Of a DNA stretch of 64,000 nucleotides, positions 25,891-39,400 are shown in pieces. A model generated the notes under the pieces. The model was given only the letters and a program-made list of their open reading frames with translations. It had not been told where the DNA came from and did not search any database. Position 1 is the stretch's first letter; each line of letters starts with the position of its first letter. Source of the DNA: Eledone cirrhosa (Eukaryota); NCBI GenBank assembly GCA_964016885.1, contig CAXHJY010000105.1:124001-188000 (forward strand), read 5' to 3'. The position numbers and the translations under genes were made by a program.

Positions 25891-28800
25891 TGTGTGTGGT
25901 GTGTATATAGTTAGGTTCACTGGTGTGTGTCTGTGTGTGGTGTGTATATAGTTAGGTTCACTGGTGTGTGTCTGTGTGTGGTGTGTATATAGTTAGGTTC
26001 ACTGGTGTGTGTGTGTGTGGTGTGTATAATAGTTAGGTTCACTGGTGTGTGTCTGTGTGTGGTGTGTAGATAGTTAGGTTCACTGGTGTGTGTCTGTGTG
26101 TGGTGTGTATATAGTTAGGTTCACTGGTGTGTGTCTGTGTGTGGTGTGTAGATAGTTAGGTTCACTGGTGTGTGTCTGTGTGTGGTGTGTATATAGTTAG
26201 GTTCACTGGTGTGTGTCTGTGTGTGGTGTGCATATAGTTAGGTTCACTGGTGTGTGTCTGTGTGTGGTGTGTATATAGTTAGGTTCACTGGTGTGTGTGT
26301 GGTGTGTATATAGTTAGGTTCACTGGTGTGTGTCTGTGTGTGGTGTGTATATAGTTAGGTTCACTGGTGTGTGTCTGTGTGGTGTATAGATAGTTAGGTT
26401 CACTGGTGTGTGTCTGTGTGGTGTGTATATAGTTAGGTTCACTGGTATGTGTCTGTGTGGTGTGTGGATAGTTAGGTTCACTGGTGTGTGTCTGTGTGGT
26501 GTGTAGATATTTAGGTTCACTGGTGTGTGTCTGTGTGGTGTGTAGATAGTTAGGTTCACTGGTGTGTGTCTGTGTGTGGTGTGTATGTAGTTAGGTTCAC
26601 TGGTGTGTGTCTGTGTGTGGTGTGTATATAGTTAGGTTCACTGGTGTGTGTGTGTGGTGTGCATATAGTTAGGTTCACTGGTGTGTGTCTGTGTGTGGTG
26701 TGTAGATAGTTAGGTTCACTGGTGTGTGTCTGTGTGTGGTGTGTATATAGTTAGGTTCACTGGTGTGTGTGTGGTGTGTATATAGTTAGGTTCACTGATG
26801 TGTGTCTGTGTGTGGTGTGTAGATAGTTAGGTTCACTGGTATGTGTCTGTGTGTGGCGTGTAGATAGTTAGGTTCACTGGTATGTGTCTGTGTGTGGTGT
26901 GTATATAGTTTGGTTCACTGGTGTGTGTGTGGTGTGTATATAGTTAGGTTCACTGGTGTGTGTCTGTGTGGTGTGTATATAGTTAGGTTCACTGGTGTGT
27001 GTGTGGTGTGTATATAGTTAGGTTCACTGGTATGTGTCTGTGTGTGGTGTGTAGATAGTTAGGTTCACTGGTGTGTGTCTGTGTGTGGTGTGTATATAGT
27101 TAGGTTCACTGGTGTGTGTGTGGTGTGTATATAGTTAGGTTCACTGGTGTGTGTCTGTGTGTGGTGTGTATATAGATAGGTTCACTGGTGTGTGTCTGTG
27201 TGTGGTGTGTATATAGTTAGGTTCACTGGTGTGTGTCTGTGTGTGGTGTGTATATAGTTAGGTTCACTGGTGTGTCTCTGTGTGTGGTGTGTATATAGTT
27301 AGGGTCACTGGTGTGTGTCTGTGTGTGGTGTGTATATAGTTAGGTTCACTGGTGTGTCTCTGTGTGTGGTGTGTATATAGTTAGGGTCACTGGTGTGTGT
27401 CTGTGTGGTGTGTAGATAGTTAGGTTCACTGGTGTGTGTGTGGTGTGTATATAGTTGGGTTCACTGGTGTGTGTCTGTGTGGTGTGTATATAGTTAGGTT
27501 CACTGGTGTGTGTCTGTGTGTGGTGTGTATATAGTTAGGTTCACTGGTGTGTGTCTGTGTGTGGTGTGTAGATAGTTAGGTTCACTGGTGTGTGTCTGTG
27601 TGTGGTGTGTATATAGTTAGGTTCACTGGTGTGTGTCTGTGTGTGGTGTGTATATAGTTAGGTTCACTGGTGTGTGTTTGTGTGTGGTGTGTATATAGTT
27701 AGGTTCACTGGTGTGTCTCTGTGTGGTGTGTGTATAGTTAGGTTCACTGGTGTGTGTGTGGTGTGTATATAGTTAGGTTCACTGGTGTGTGTCTGTGTGT
27801 GGTGTGTATATAGTTAGGTTCACTGGTGTGTGTCTGTGTGTGGTGTGTATATAGTTAGGTTCACTGGTGTGTGTCTGTGTGTGGTGTGTATATAGTTAGG
27901 TTCACTGCTGTGTGTCTGTGTGGTGTGTATATAGATAGGTTCACTGGTGTGTGTCTGTGTGTGGTGTGTAGATAGTTAGGTTCACTGGTGTGTGTCTGTG
28001 TGGTGTGTATATAGTTAGGTTCACTGGTGTGTGTCTGTGTGTGGTGTGTATATAGTTAGGTTCACTGGTGTGTGTCTGTGTGTGGTGTGTATATAGTTAG
28101 GTTCACTGGTGTGTGTCTGTGTGTGGTGCGTATATAGTTAGGTTCACTGGTGTGTGTTTGTGTGTGGTGTGTATATAGTTAGGTTCACTGGTGTGTGTCT
28201 GTGTGTGGTGTGTATATAGTTAGGTTCACTGGTGTCTGTCTGTGTGTGGTGTGTATATAGTTAGGTTCACTGGTGTGTGTCTGTGTTGTGTGTATATTGT
28301 TAGGTTCACTGGTGTGTGTGTGTGGTGTGTATATAGTTAGGTTCACTGGTGTGTGTCTGTGTGTGGTGTGTAGATAGTTAGGTTCACTGGTGTGTGTCTG
28401 TGTGTGGTGTGTAGATAGTTAGGTTCACTGGTGTGTGTCTGTGTGTGGTGTGTATATAGTTAGGTTCACTGGTGTGTGTGTGGTGTGTATATAGTTAGGT
28501 TCACTGGTGTGTGTCTGTGTGTGGTGTGTATATAGTTAGGTTCACTGGTGTGTGTGTGGTGTGTATATAGTGAGGTTCACTGGTGTGTGGTGTGTAGATA
28601 GTTAGGTTCACTGGTGTGTGTCTGTGTGTGGTGTGTATATAGTTAGGTTCACTGGTGTGTGTCTGTGTGTGGTGTGCATATAGTTAGGTTCACTGGTGTG
28701 TCTCTGTATGTGGTGTGTATATAGTTAGGTTCACTGGTGTGTGTCTGTGTGTGGTGTGTATATAGTTAGGTTCACTGGTGTGTGTCTGTGTGTGGTGTGT

Positions 28801-31800
28801 ATATAGTTAAGTTCACTGGTGTGTGTCTGTGTGTGGTGTGTAGATAGTTAGGTTCACTGGTGTGTGTCTGTGTGGTGTGTAGTTAGTTAGGCTCACTGGT
28901 GTGTGTCTGTGTGTGGTGTGTATATAGTTAGGTTCACTGGTGTGTGTCTGTGTGTGGTGTGTAGATAGTTAGGTTCACTGCTGTGTGTCTGTGTGTGGTG
29001 TGTAGATACTTAGGTTCACTGGTGTGTGTCTGTGTGGTGTGTGGATAGTTAGGCTCACTTGTGTGTGTCTGTGTGGTGTGTATATAGTTAGGTTCACTGG
29101 TGTGTGTCTGTGTGTGGTGTGTATATAGTTAGGTTCACTGGTGTGTGTCTGTGTGTGGTGTGTATATAGTTAGGTTCACTGGTGTGTGTCTGTGTGTGGT
29201 GTGTATATAGTTAGGTTCACTGGTGTGTGTCTGTGTGTGGTGTGTATATAGTTAGGTTCACTGGTGTGTGGTGTGTATATAGTTAGGTTCACTGGTGTGT
29301 GTGTGTGTGGTGTGTATAATAGTTAGGTTCACTGGTGTGTGTCTGTGTGTGGTGTGTAGATAGTTAGGTTCACTGGTGTGTGTCTGTGTGTGGTGTGTAT
29401 ATAGTTAGGTTCACTGGTGTGTGTCTGTGTGTGGTGTGTAGATAGTTAGGTTCACTGGTGTGTGTCTGTGTGTGGTGTGTATATAGTTAGGTTCACTGGT
29501 GTGTGTGTGGTGTGTATATAGTTAGGTTCACTGATGTGTGTCTGTGTGTGGTTTGTAGATAGTTAGGTTCACTGGTGTGTGTCTGTGTGTGGTGTGTAGA
29601 TAGTTAGGTTCACTGGTGTGTGTCTGTGTGTGGTGTGTATATAGTTAGGTTCACTGGTGTGTGTCTGTGTGTGGTGTGTATATAGTTAGGTTCACTGGTG
29701 TGTGTGTGGTGTGTATATAGCTATGTTCACTGGTGTGTGTCTGTGTGTGGTGTGTGTATAGTTAGGTTCACTGGTGTGTGTCTGTGTGGTGTGTATATAG
29801 TTAGGTTCACTGGTGTGTGTCTGTGTGTGGTGTGTATATAGTTAGGTTCACTGGTGTGTGTCTGTGTGGTGTGTATATAGTTAGGTTCACTGGTGTGTGT
29901 GTGGTGTGTATATAGTTAGAGTCACTGGTGTGTGTCTGTGTGTGGTGTGTAGATAGTTAGGTTCTCTGGTGTGTCTGTGTGTGGTGTGTATATAGTTAGG
30001 TTCACTGGTGTGTGTCTGTGTGTGGTGTGTAGATAGTTAGGTTCACTGGTGTGTGTGTGTGTGTGGTGTGTAGCTAGTTAGGTTCACTGGTGTGTGTCTG
30101 TGTGTGGTGTGTATATAGTTAGGTTCACTGGTGTGTGTGTGGTGTGTATATAGTTAGGTTCACTGGTGTGTGTCTGTGTGTGGTGTGTATATAGTTAGGT
30201 TCACTGGTGTGTGTCTGTGGTGTGTAGATAGTTAGGTTCACTGGTGTGTGTCTGTGTGTGGTGTGTAGATAGTTAGGTTCACTGGTGTGTGTATGTGTGG
30301 TGTGTATATAGTTAGGTTCACTGGTGTGTGTGTGGTGTGCATATAGTTAGGTTCACTGGTGTGTGTCTGTGTGTGGTGTGTATATAGTTAGGTTCACTGG
30401 TGTGTGTCTGTGTGTGGTGTGTATATAGTTAGGTTCACTGGTGTGTGTCTGTGTGTGGTGTGTATATAGTTAGGTTCACTGGTGTGTGTCTGTGTGTGGT
30501 GTGTATATAGTTAAGTTCACTGGTGTGTGTCTGTGTGTGGTGTGTATATAGTTAGGTTCACTGGTGTGTGTCTGTGTTTGGTGTATAGATAGTTAGGTTC
30601 ACTTGTGTGTGTCTGTGTGTGGTGTGTAGATAGTTAGGTTCACTGGTGTGTGTCTGTGTGGTGTGTATATAGTTAGGTTCACTGGTGTGTGTGTGGTGTG
30701 CATATAGTTAGGTTCACTGGTGTGTGTCTGTGTGTGGTGTATATATAGTTAGGTTCACTGGTGTGTGTCTGTGTGTGGTGTGTATATAGGTAGGTTCACT
30801 GGTGTGTGTCTGTGTGGTGTGTATATAGATAGGTTCACTGGTGTGTGTCTGTGTGTTGTGTGTAGATAGATAGGTTCACTGGTGTGTGTCTGTGTGTGGT
30901 GTGTATATAGTTAGGTTCACTGGTGTGTGTCTGTGTGTGGTGTGTATATAGTTAGGTTCACTGGTGTGTGTCTGTGTGTGGTGTGTATATAGTTAGGTTC
31001 ACTGGTGTGTGTCTGTGTGTGGTGTGTATATAGTTAGGTTCACTGGTGTGTGTCTGTGTGTGGTGTGTATGTAGTTAGGTTCACTGGTGTGTGTCTGTGT
31101 GTGGTGTGTATATAGTTAGGTTCACTGGTGTGTGTGTGTGGTGTGCATATAGTTAGGTTCACTGGTGTGTGTCTGTGTGTGGTGTGTAGATAGTTAGGTT
31201 CACTGGTGTGTGTGGTGTGTATATAGTTAGGTTCACTGGTATGTGTCTGTGTGTGGTGTTAGATAGTTAGGTTCACTGGTGTGTGTCTGTGTGTGGTGTG
31301 TATATAGTTAGGTTCACTGGTGTGTGTGTGACGTGTGTATATAGTTAGGTTCACTGGTGTGTGGTGTGTATATAGTTAGGTTCACTGGTGTGTGTCTGTG
31401 TGTGGTGTGTATATAGTTAGGTTCACTGGTGTGTGTGTGGTGTGTATATAGTTAGGTTCACTGATGTGTGTCTGTGTGTGGTGTGTAGATAGTTAGGTTC
31501 ACTGGTATGTGTCTGTGTGTGGTGTGTAGATAGTTAGGTTCACTGGTGTGTGTCTGTGTGTGGTGTGTATATAGTTAGGTTCACTGGTGTGTGTGTGGTG
31601 TGTATATAGTTAGGTTCACTGGTGTGTGTCTGTGTGTGGTGTGTATATAGTTAGGTTCACTGGTGTGTGTGGTGTGTATATAGTTAGGTTCACTGGTGTG
31701 TGTCTGTGTGTGGTGTGTATATAGTTAGGTTCACTGGTGTGTGTCTGTGGTGTGTAGATAGTTAGGTTCACTGGTATGTGTCTGTGTGTGGTGTGTAGAT

Positions 31801-34800
31801 AGTTAGGTTCACTGGTGTGTGTCTGTGTGTGGTGTGTATATAGTTAGGTTCACTGGTGTGTGTGTGACGTGTGTATATAGTTAGGTTCACTGGTGTGTGG
31901 TGTGTATATAGTTAGGTTCACTGGTGTGTGTGTGGTGTGTATTTAGTTAGGTTCATTGGTATGTGTCTGTGTGTGGTGTGTAGATAGTTAGGTTCACTGG
32001 TGTGTGTGTGGTGTGTATATAGTGAGGTTCACTGGTGTGTGGTGTGTAGATAGTTAGGTTCACTGGTGTGTGTCTGTGTGTGGTGTGTATATAGTTAGGT
32101 TCACTGGTGTGTGTCTGTGTGTGGTGTGCATATAGTTAGGTTCACTGGTGTGTCTCTGTGTGTGGTGTGTATATAGTTAGGTTCACTGGTGTGTGTCTGT
32201 GTGTGGTGTGTATATAGTTAGGTTCACTGGTGTGTGTCTGTGTGTGGTGTGTATATAGTTAAGTTCACTGGTGTGTGTCTGTGTGTGGTGTGTAGATAGT
32301 TAGGTTCACTGGTGTGTGTCTGTGTGGTGTGTATATAGTTAGGTTCACTGGTGTATGTCTGTGTGTGGTGTGTATATAGTTAGGTTCACTGGTGTGTGTC
32401 TGTGTGGTGTGTAGTTAGTTAGGCTCACTGGTGTGTGTCTGTGTGTGGTGTGTATATAGTTAGGTTCACTGGTGTGTGTCTGTGTGTGGTGTGTAGATAG
32501 TTAGGTTCACTGCTGTGTGTCTGTGTGTGGTGTGTAGATAGTTAGGTTCACTGGTGTGTGTCTGTGTGGTGTGTGGATAGTTAGGCTCACTGGTGTGTGT
32601 CTGTGTGGTGTGTATATAGTTAGGTTCACTGGTGTGTGTCTGTGTGTGGTGTGTATATAGTTAGGTTCACTGGTGTGTGTCTGTGTGTGGTGTGTATATA
32701 GTTAGGTTCACTGGTGTGTGTCTGTGTGTGGTGTGTATATAGTTAGGTTCACTGGTGTGTGTCTGTGTGTGGTGTGTATATAGTTAGGTTCACTGGTGTG
32801 TGTCTGTGTGTGGTGTGTATATAGTTAGGTTCACTGGTGTGTGTGTGTGTGGTGTGTATAATAGTTAGGTTCACTGGTGTGTGTCTGTGTGTGGTGTGTA
32901 GATAGTTAGGTTCACTGGTGTGTGTCTGTGTGTGGTGTGTATATAGTTAGGTTCACTGGTGTGTGTCTGTGTGTGGTGTGTAGATAGTTAGGTTCACTGG
33001 TGTGTGTCTGTGTGTGGTGTGTATATAGTTAGGTTCACTGGTGTGTGTGTGGTGTGTATATAGTTCGGTTCACTGATGTGTGTCTGTGTGTGGTTTGTAG
33101 ATAGTTAGGTTCACTGGTGTGTGACTGTGTGTGGTGTGTAGATAGTTAGGTTCACTGGTGTGTGTCTGTGTGTGGTGTGTATATAGTTAGGTTCACTGGT
33201 GTGTGTCTGTGTGTGGTGTGTATATAGTTAGGTTCACTGGTGTGTGTGTGGTGTGTATATAGCTATGTTCACTGGTGTGTGTCTGTGTGTGGTGTGTATA
33301 TAGTTAGGTTCACTGGTGTGTGTCTGTGTGGTGTGTATATAGTTAGGTTCACTGGTGTGTGTCTGTGTGTGGTGTGTAGATAGTTAGGTTCACTGGTGTG
33401 TGTATGTGTGGTGTGTATATAGTTAGGTTCACTGGTGTGTGTGTGGTGTGCATATAGTTAGGTTCACTGGTGTGTGTCTGTGTGTGGTGTGTATATAGTT
33501 AGGTTCACTGGTGTGTGTCTGTGTGTGGTGTGTATATAGTTAGGTTCACTGGTGTGTGTCTGTGTGTGGTGTGTATATAGTTAGGTTCACTGGTGTGTGT
33601 CTGTGTGTGGTGTATAGATAGTTAAGTTCACTGGTGTGTGTCTGTGTGTGGTGTGTAGATAGTTAGGTTCACTGGTGTGTGTCTGTGTGGTGTGTATATA
33701 GTTAGGTTCACTGGTGTGTGTGTGGTGTGCATATAATTAGGTTCACTGGTGTGTGTCTGTGTGTGGTGTGTATATAGTTAGGTTCACTGGTGTGTGTCTG
33801 TGTGTGGTGTGTATATAGTTAGGTTCACTGGTGTGTGTCTGTGTGTGGTGTGTATATAGTTAGGTTCACTGGTGTGTGTCTGTGTGTGGTGTGTATATAG
33901 TTAAGTTCACTGGTGTGTGTCTGTGTGTGGTGTGTATATAGTTAGGTTCACTGGTGTGTGTCTGTGTGTGGTGTATAGATAGTTAGGTTCACTTGTGTGT
34001 GTCTGTGTGTGGTGTGTAGATAGTTAGGTTCATTGCTGTGTGTCTGTGTGGTGTGTATATAGTTAGGTTCACTGGTGTGTGTGTGGTGTGCATATAGTTT
34101 GGTTCACTGGTGTGTGTCTGTGTGTGGTGTATATATAGTTAGGTTCACTGGTGTGTGTCTGTGTGTGGTGTGTATATAGTTAGGTTCACTGGTGTGTGTC
34201 TGTGTGGTGTGTATATAGATAGGTTCACTGGTGTGTGTCTGTGTGTTGTGTGTAGATAGATAGGTTCACTGGTGTGTGTCTGTGTGTGGTGTGTATATAG
34301 TTAGGTTCACTGGTGTGTGTCTGTGTGTGGTGTGTATATAGTTAGGTTCACTGGTGTGTGTCTGTGTGTGGTGTGTATATAGTTAGGTTCACTGGTGTGT
34401 GTCTGTGTGTGGTGTGTATATAGTTAGGTTCACTGGTGTGTGTCTGTGTGTGGTGTGTATGTAGTTAGGTTCACTGGTGTGTGTCTGTGTGTGGTGTGTA
34501 TATAGTTAGGTTCACTGGTGTGTGTGTGTGGTGTGCATATAGTTAGGTTCACTGGTGTGTGTCTGTGTGTGGTGTGTAGATAGTTAGGTTCACTGGTGTG
34601 TGTCTGTGTGTGGTGTGTATATAGTTAGGTTCACTGGTGTGTGTGTGGTTTGTATATAGTTAGGTTCACTGATGTGTGTCTGTGTGTGGTGTGTAGATAG
34701 TTAGGTTCACTGGTATGTGTCTGTGTGTGGTGTGTAGATAGTTAGGTTCACTGGTGTGTGTCTGTGTGTGGTGTGTATATAGTTAGGTTCACTGGTGTGT

Positions 34801-36453
34801 TGTGGTGTGTATATAGTTAGGTTCACTGGTGTGTGTCTGTGTGTGGTGTGTATATAGTTAGGTTCACTGGTGTGTGTGGTGTGTATATAGTTAGGTTCAC
34901 TGGTATGTGTCTGTGTGTGGTGTGTAGATAGTTAGGTTCACTGGTGTGTGTCTGTGTGTGGTGTGTATATAGTTAGGTTCACTGGTGTGTGTGTGACGTG
35001 TGTATATAGTTAGGTTCACTGGTGTGTGGTGTGTATATAGTTAGGTTCACTGGTGTGTGTGTGGTGTGTATTTAATTAGGTTCATTGGTATGTGTCTGTG
35101 TGTGGTGTGTATATAGTTAGGTTCACTGGTCAGTGTGTGGTGTGTATATAGTGAGGTTCACTGGTGTGTGGTGTGTAGATAGTTAGGTTCACTGGTGTGT
35201 GTCTGTGTGTGGTGTGTATATAGTTAGGTTCACTGGTCAGTGTGTGGTGTGTATATAGTGAGGTTCACTGGTGTGTGGTGTGTAGATAGTTAGGTTCACT
35301 GGTGTGTGTCTGTGTGTGGTGTGTATATAGTTAGGTTCACTGGTGTGCTTCTGTGTGTGGTGTGTATATAGTTAGGGTCACTGGTGTGTGTCTGTGTGGT
35401 GTGTAGATAGTTAGGTTCACTGGTGTGTGTGTGGTGTGTATATAGTTTGGTTCACTGGTGTGTGTCTGTGTGGTGTGTATATAGTTAGGTTCACTGGTGT
35501 GTGTCTGTGTGTGGTGTGTATATAGTTAGGTTCACTGGTGTGTGTCTGTGTGTGGTGTGTATATAGTTAGGTTCACTGGTGTGTGTCTGTGTGTGGTGTG
35601 TATATAGTTAGGTTCACTGGTGTGTGTCTGTGTGGTGTGTATATAGTTAGGTTCACTGGTGTGTGTGTGGTGTGTATATAGTTAGGTTCACTGGTGTGTG
35701 TCTGTGTGTGGTGTGTATATAGTTAGGTTCACTGGTGTGTGTCTGTGTGTGGTGTGTATATAGTTAGGTTCACTGGTGTGTGTCTGTGTGTGGTGTGTAT
35801 ATAGTTAGGTTCACTGGTGTGTGTCTGTGTGGTGTGTATATAGATAGGTTCACTGGTGTGTGTCTGTGTGTGGTGTGTAGATAGTTAGGTTCACTGGTGT
35901 GTGTCTGTGTGGTGTGTATATAGTTAGGTTCACTGGTGTGTGTCAGTGTGTGGTGTGTATATAGTTAGGTTCACTGGTGTGTGTCTGTGTGTGGTGTATA
36001 TAAAGTTAGGTTCACTGGTGTGTGTCTGCGTGTGGTGTGTATATAGTTAGGTTCACTGGTGTGTGTCTGTGTGTGGTGTGTATATAGTTAGGTTCACTGG
36101 TGTGTGTCTGTGTGTGGTGTGTATATAGTTAGGTTCACTGGTGTCTGTCTGTGTGTGGTGTGTATATAGTTAGGTTCACTGGTGTCTGTCTGTGTGTGGT
36201 GTGTATATTGTTAGGTTCACTGGTGTGTGTGTGTGGTGTGTATATAGTTAGGTTCACTGGTGTGTGTCTGTGTGTGGTGTGTAGATAGTTAGGTTCAATG
36301 GTGTGTGTCTGTGTGTGGTGTGTATATAGTTAGGTTCACTGCTGTGTGTCTGTGTGTGGTGTGTAGATAGTTAGGTTCACTGGTGTGTGTCTGTGTGTGG
36401 TGTGTATATAGTTAGGTTCACTGGTGTGTGTGTGGTGTGTATATAGTTAGGTT

Positions 36454-39400
36454 CACTGATGTGTGTCTGTGTGTGGTGTGTAGATAGTTAGGTTCACTGG
36501 TGTGTGTCTGTGTGTGGTGTGTATATAGTTAGGTTCACTGGTGTGTGTGTGGTGTGTATATAGTTAGGTTCACTGGTGTGTCTCTGTGTGTGGTGTGTAT
36601 ATAGTTAGGTTCACTGGTGTGTGTGTGGTGTGTATATAGTGAGGTTCACTGGTGTGTGGTGTGTAGATAGTTAGGTTCACTGGTGTGTGTCTGTGTGTGG
36701 TGTGTATATAGTTAGGTTCACTGGTGTGTGTCTGTGTGTGGTGTGTATATAGTTAGGTTCACTGGTGTGTGTCTGTGTGTGGTGTGTATATAGTTAGGTT
36801 CACTGGTGTGTGTGTGTGTGGTGTGTATAATAGTTAGGTTCACTGGTGTGTGTCTGTGTGTGGTGTGTAGATAGTTAGCTTCACTGGTGTGTGTCTGTGT
36901 GTGGTGTGTATATAGTTAGGTTCACTGGTGTGTGTCTGTGTGTGGTGTGTAGATAGTTAGGTTCACTGGTGTGTGTCTGTGTGTGGTGTGTATATAGTTA
37001 GGTTCACTGGTGTGTGTGTGGTGTGTATATAGTTAGGTTCACTGATGTGTGTCTGTGTGTGGTTTGTAGATAGTTAGGTTCACTGGTGTGTGACTGTGTG
37101 TGGTGTGTAGATAGTTAGGTTCACTGGTGTGTGTCTGTGTGTGGTGTGTATATAGTTAGGTTCACTGGTGTGTGTCTGTGTGTGGTGTGTATATAGTTAG
37201 GTTCACTGGTGTGTGTGTGGTGTGTATATAGCTATGTTCACTGGTGTGTGTCTGTGTGTGGTGTGTATATAGTTAGGTTCACTGGTGTGTGTCTGTGTGG
37301 TGTGTATATAGTTAGGTTCACTGGTGTGTGTCTGTGTGTGGTGTGTATATAGTTAGGTTCACTGGTGTGTGTCTGTGTGGTGTGTATATAGTTAGGTTCA
37401 CTGGTGTGTGTGTGGTGTGTATATAGTTAGGGTCACTGGTGTGTGTCTGTGTGTGGTGTGTAGATAGTTAGGTTCTCTGGTGTGTCTGTGTGTGGTGTGT
37501 ATATAGTTAGGTTCACTGGTGTGTGTCTGTGTGTGGTGTGTAGATAGTTAGGTTCACTGGTGTGTGTGTGTGTGTGGTGTGTAGCTAGTTAGGTTCACTG
37601 GTGTGTGTCTGTGTGTGGTGTGTATATAGTTAGGTTCACTGGTGTGTGTGTGGTGTGTATATAGTTAGGTTCACTGGTGTGTGTCTGTGTGTGGTGTGTA
37701 TATAGTTAGGTTCACTGGTGTGTGTCTGTGGTGTGTAGATAGTTACGTTCACTGGTGTGTGTCTGTGTGTGGTGTGTAGATAGTTAGGTTCACTGGTGTG
37801 TGTATGTGTGGTGTGTATATAGTTAGGTTCACTGGTGTGTGTGTGGTGTGCATATAGTTAGGTTCACTGGTGTGTGTCTGTGTGTGGTGTGTATATAGTT
37901 AGGTTCACTGGTGTGTGTCTGTGTGTGGTGTGTATATAGTTAGGTTCACTGGTGTGAGTCTGTGTGTGGTGTGTATATAGTTAGGTTCACTGGTGTGTGT
38001 CTGTGTGTGGTGTATAGATAGTTAAGTTCACTGGTGTGTGTCTGTGTGTGGTGTGTAGATAGTTAGGTTCACTGGTGTGTGTCTGTGTGGTGTGTATATA
38101 GTTAGGTTCACTGGTGTGTGTGTGGTGTGCATATAATTAGGTTCACTGGTGTGTGTCTGTGTGTGGTGTGTATATAGTTAGGTTCACTGGTGTGTGTCTG
38201 TGTGTGGTGTGTATATAGTTAGGTTCACTGGTGTGTGTCTGTGTGTGGTGTGTATATAGTTAGGTTCACTGGTGTGTGTCTGTGTGTGGTGTGTATATAG
38301 TTAAGTTCACTGGTGTGTGTCTGTGTGTGGTGTGTATATAGTTAGGTTCACTGGTGTGTGTCTGTGTGTGGTGTATAGATAGTTAGGTTCACTTGTGTGT
38401 GTCTGTGTGTGGTGTGTAGATAGTTAGGTTCATTGCTGTGTGTCTGTGTGGTGTGTATATAGTTAGGTTCACTGGTGTGTGTGTGGTGTGCATATAGTTA
38501 GGTTCACTGGTGTGTGTCTGTGTGTGGTGTATATATAGTTAGGTTCACTGGTGTGTGTCTGTGTGTGGTGTGTATATAGTTAGGTTCACTGGTGTGTGTC
38601 TGTGTGGTGTGTATATAGATAGGTTCACTGGTGTGTGTCTGTGTGTTGTGTGTAGATAGATAGGTTCACTGGTGTGTGTCTGTGTGTGGTGTGTATATAG
38701 TTAGGTTCACTGGTGTGTGTGGTGTGTATATAGTTAGGTTCACTGGTGTGTGTCTGTGTGTGGTGTGTATATAGTTAGGTTCACTGGTGTGTGTCTGTGT
38801 GTGGTGTGTATATAGTTAGGTTCACTGGTGTGTGTCTGTGTGTGGTGTGTATGTAGTTAGGTTCACTGGTGTGTGTCTGTGTGTGGTGTGTATATAGTTA
38901 GGTTCACTGGTGTGTGTGTGTGGTGTGCATATAGTTAGGTTCACTGGTGTGTGTCTGTGTGTGGTGTGTAGATAGTTAGGTTCACTGGTGTGTGTCTGTG
39001 TGTGGTGTGTAGATAGTTAGGTTCACTGGTGTGTGTGTGGTGTGTATATAGTTAGGTTCACTGATGTGTGTCTGTGTGTGGTGTGTAGATAGTTAGGTTC
39101 ACTGGTATGTGTCTGTGTGTGGTGTGTAGATAGTTAGGTTCACTGGTGTGTGTCTGTGTGTGGTGTGTATATAGTTAGGTTCACTGGTGTGTGTGTGGTG
39201 TGTATATAGTTAGGTTCACTGGTGTGTGTCTGTGTGTGGTGTGTATATAGTTAGGTTCACTGGTGTGTGTGGTGTGTATATAGTTAGGTTCACTGGTATG
39301 TGTCTGTGTGTGGTGTGTATATAGTTAGGTTCACTGGTGTGTGTCTGTGTGTGGTGTGTATATAGTTAGGTTCACTGATGTGTCTCTGTGTGTGGTGTGT

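Noticed and set aside
34790-34823. A 34-bp monomer with a single-G deletion (GTGTGTTGTGG)
   Set aside because: It is a singleton absent from paralogous blocks and cannot be distinguished from a sequencing or consensus error.
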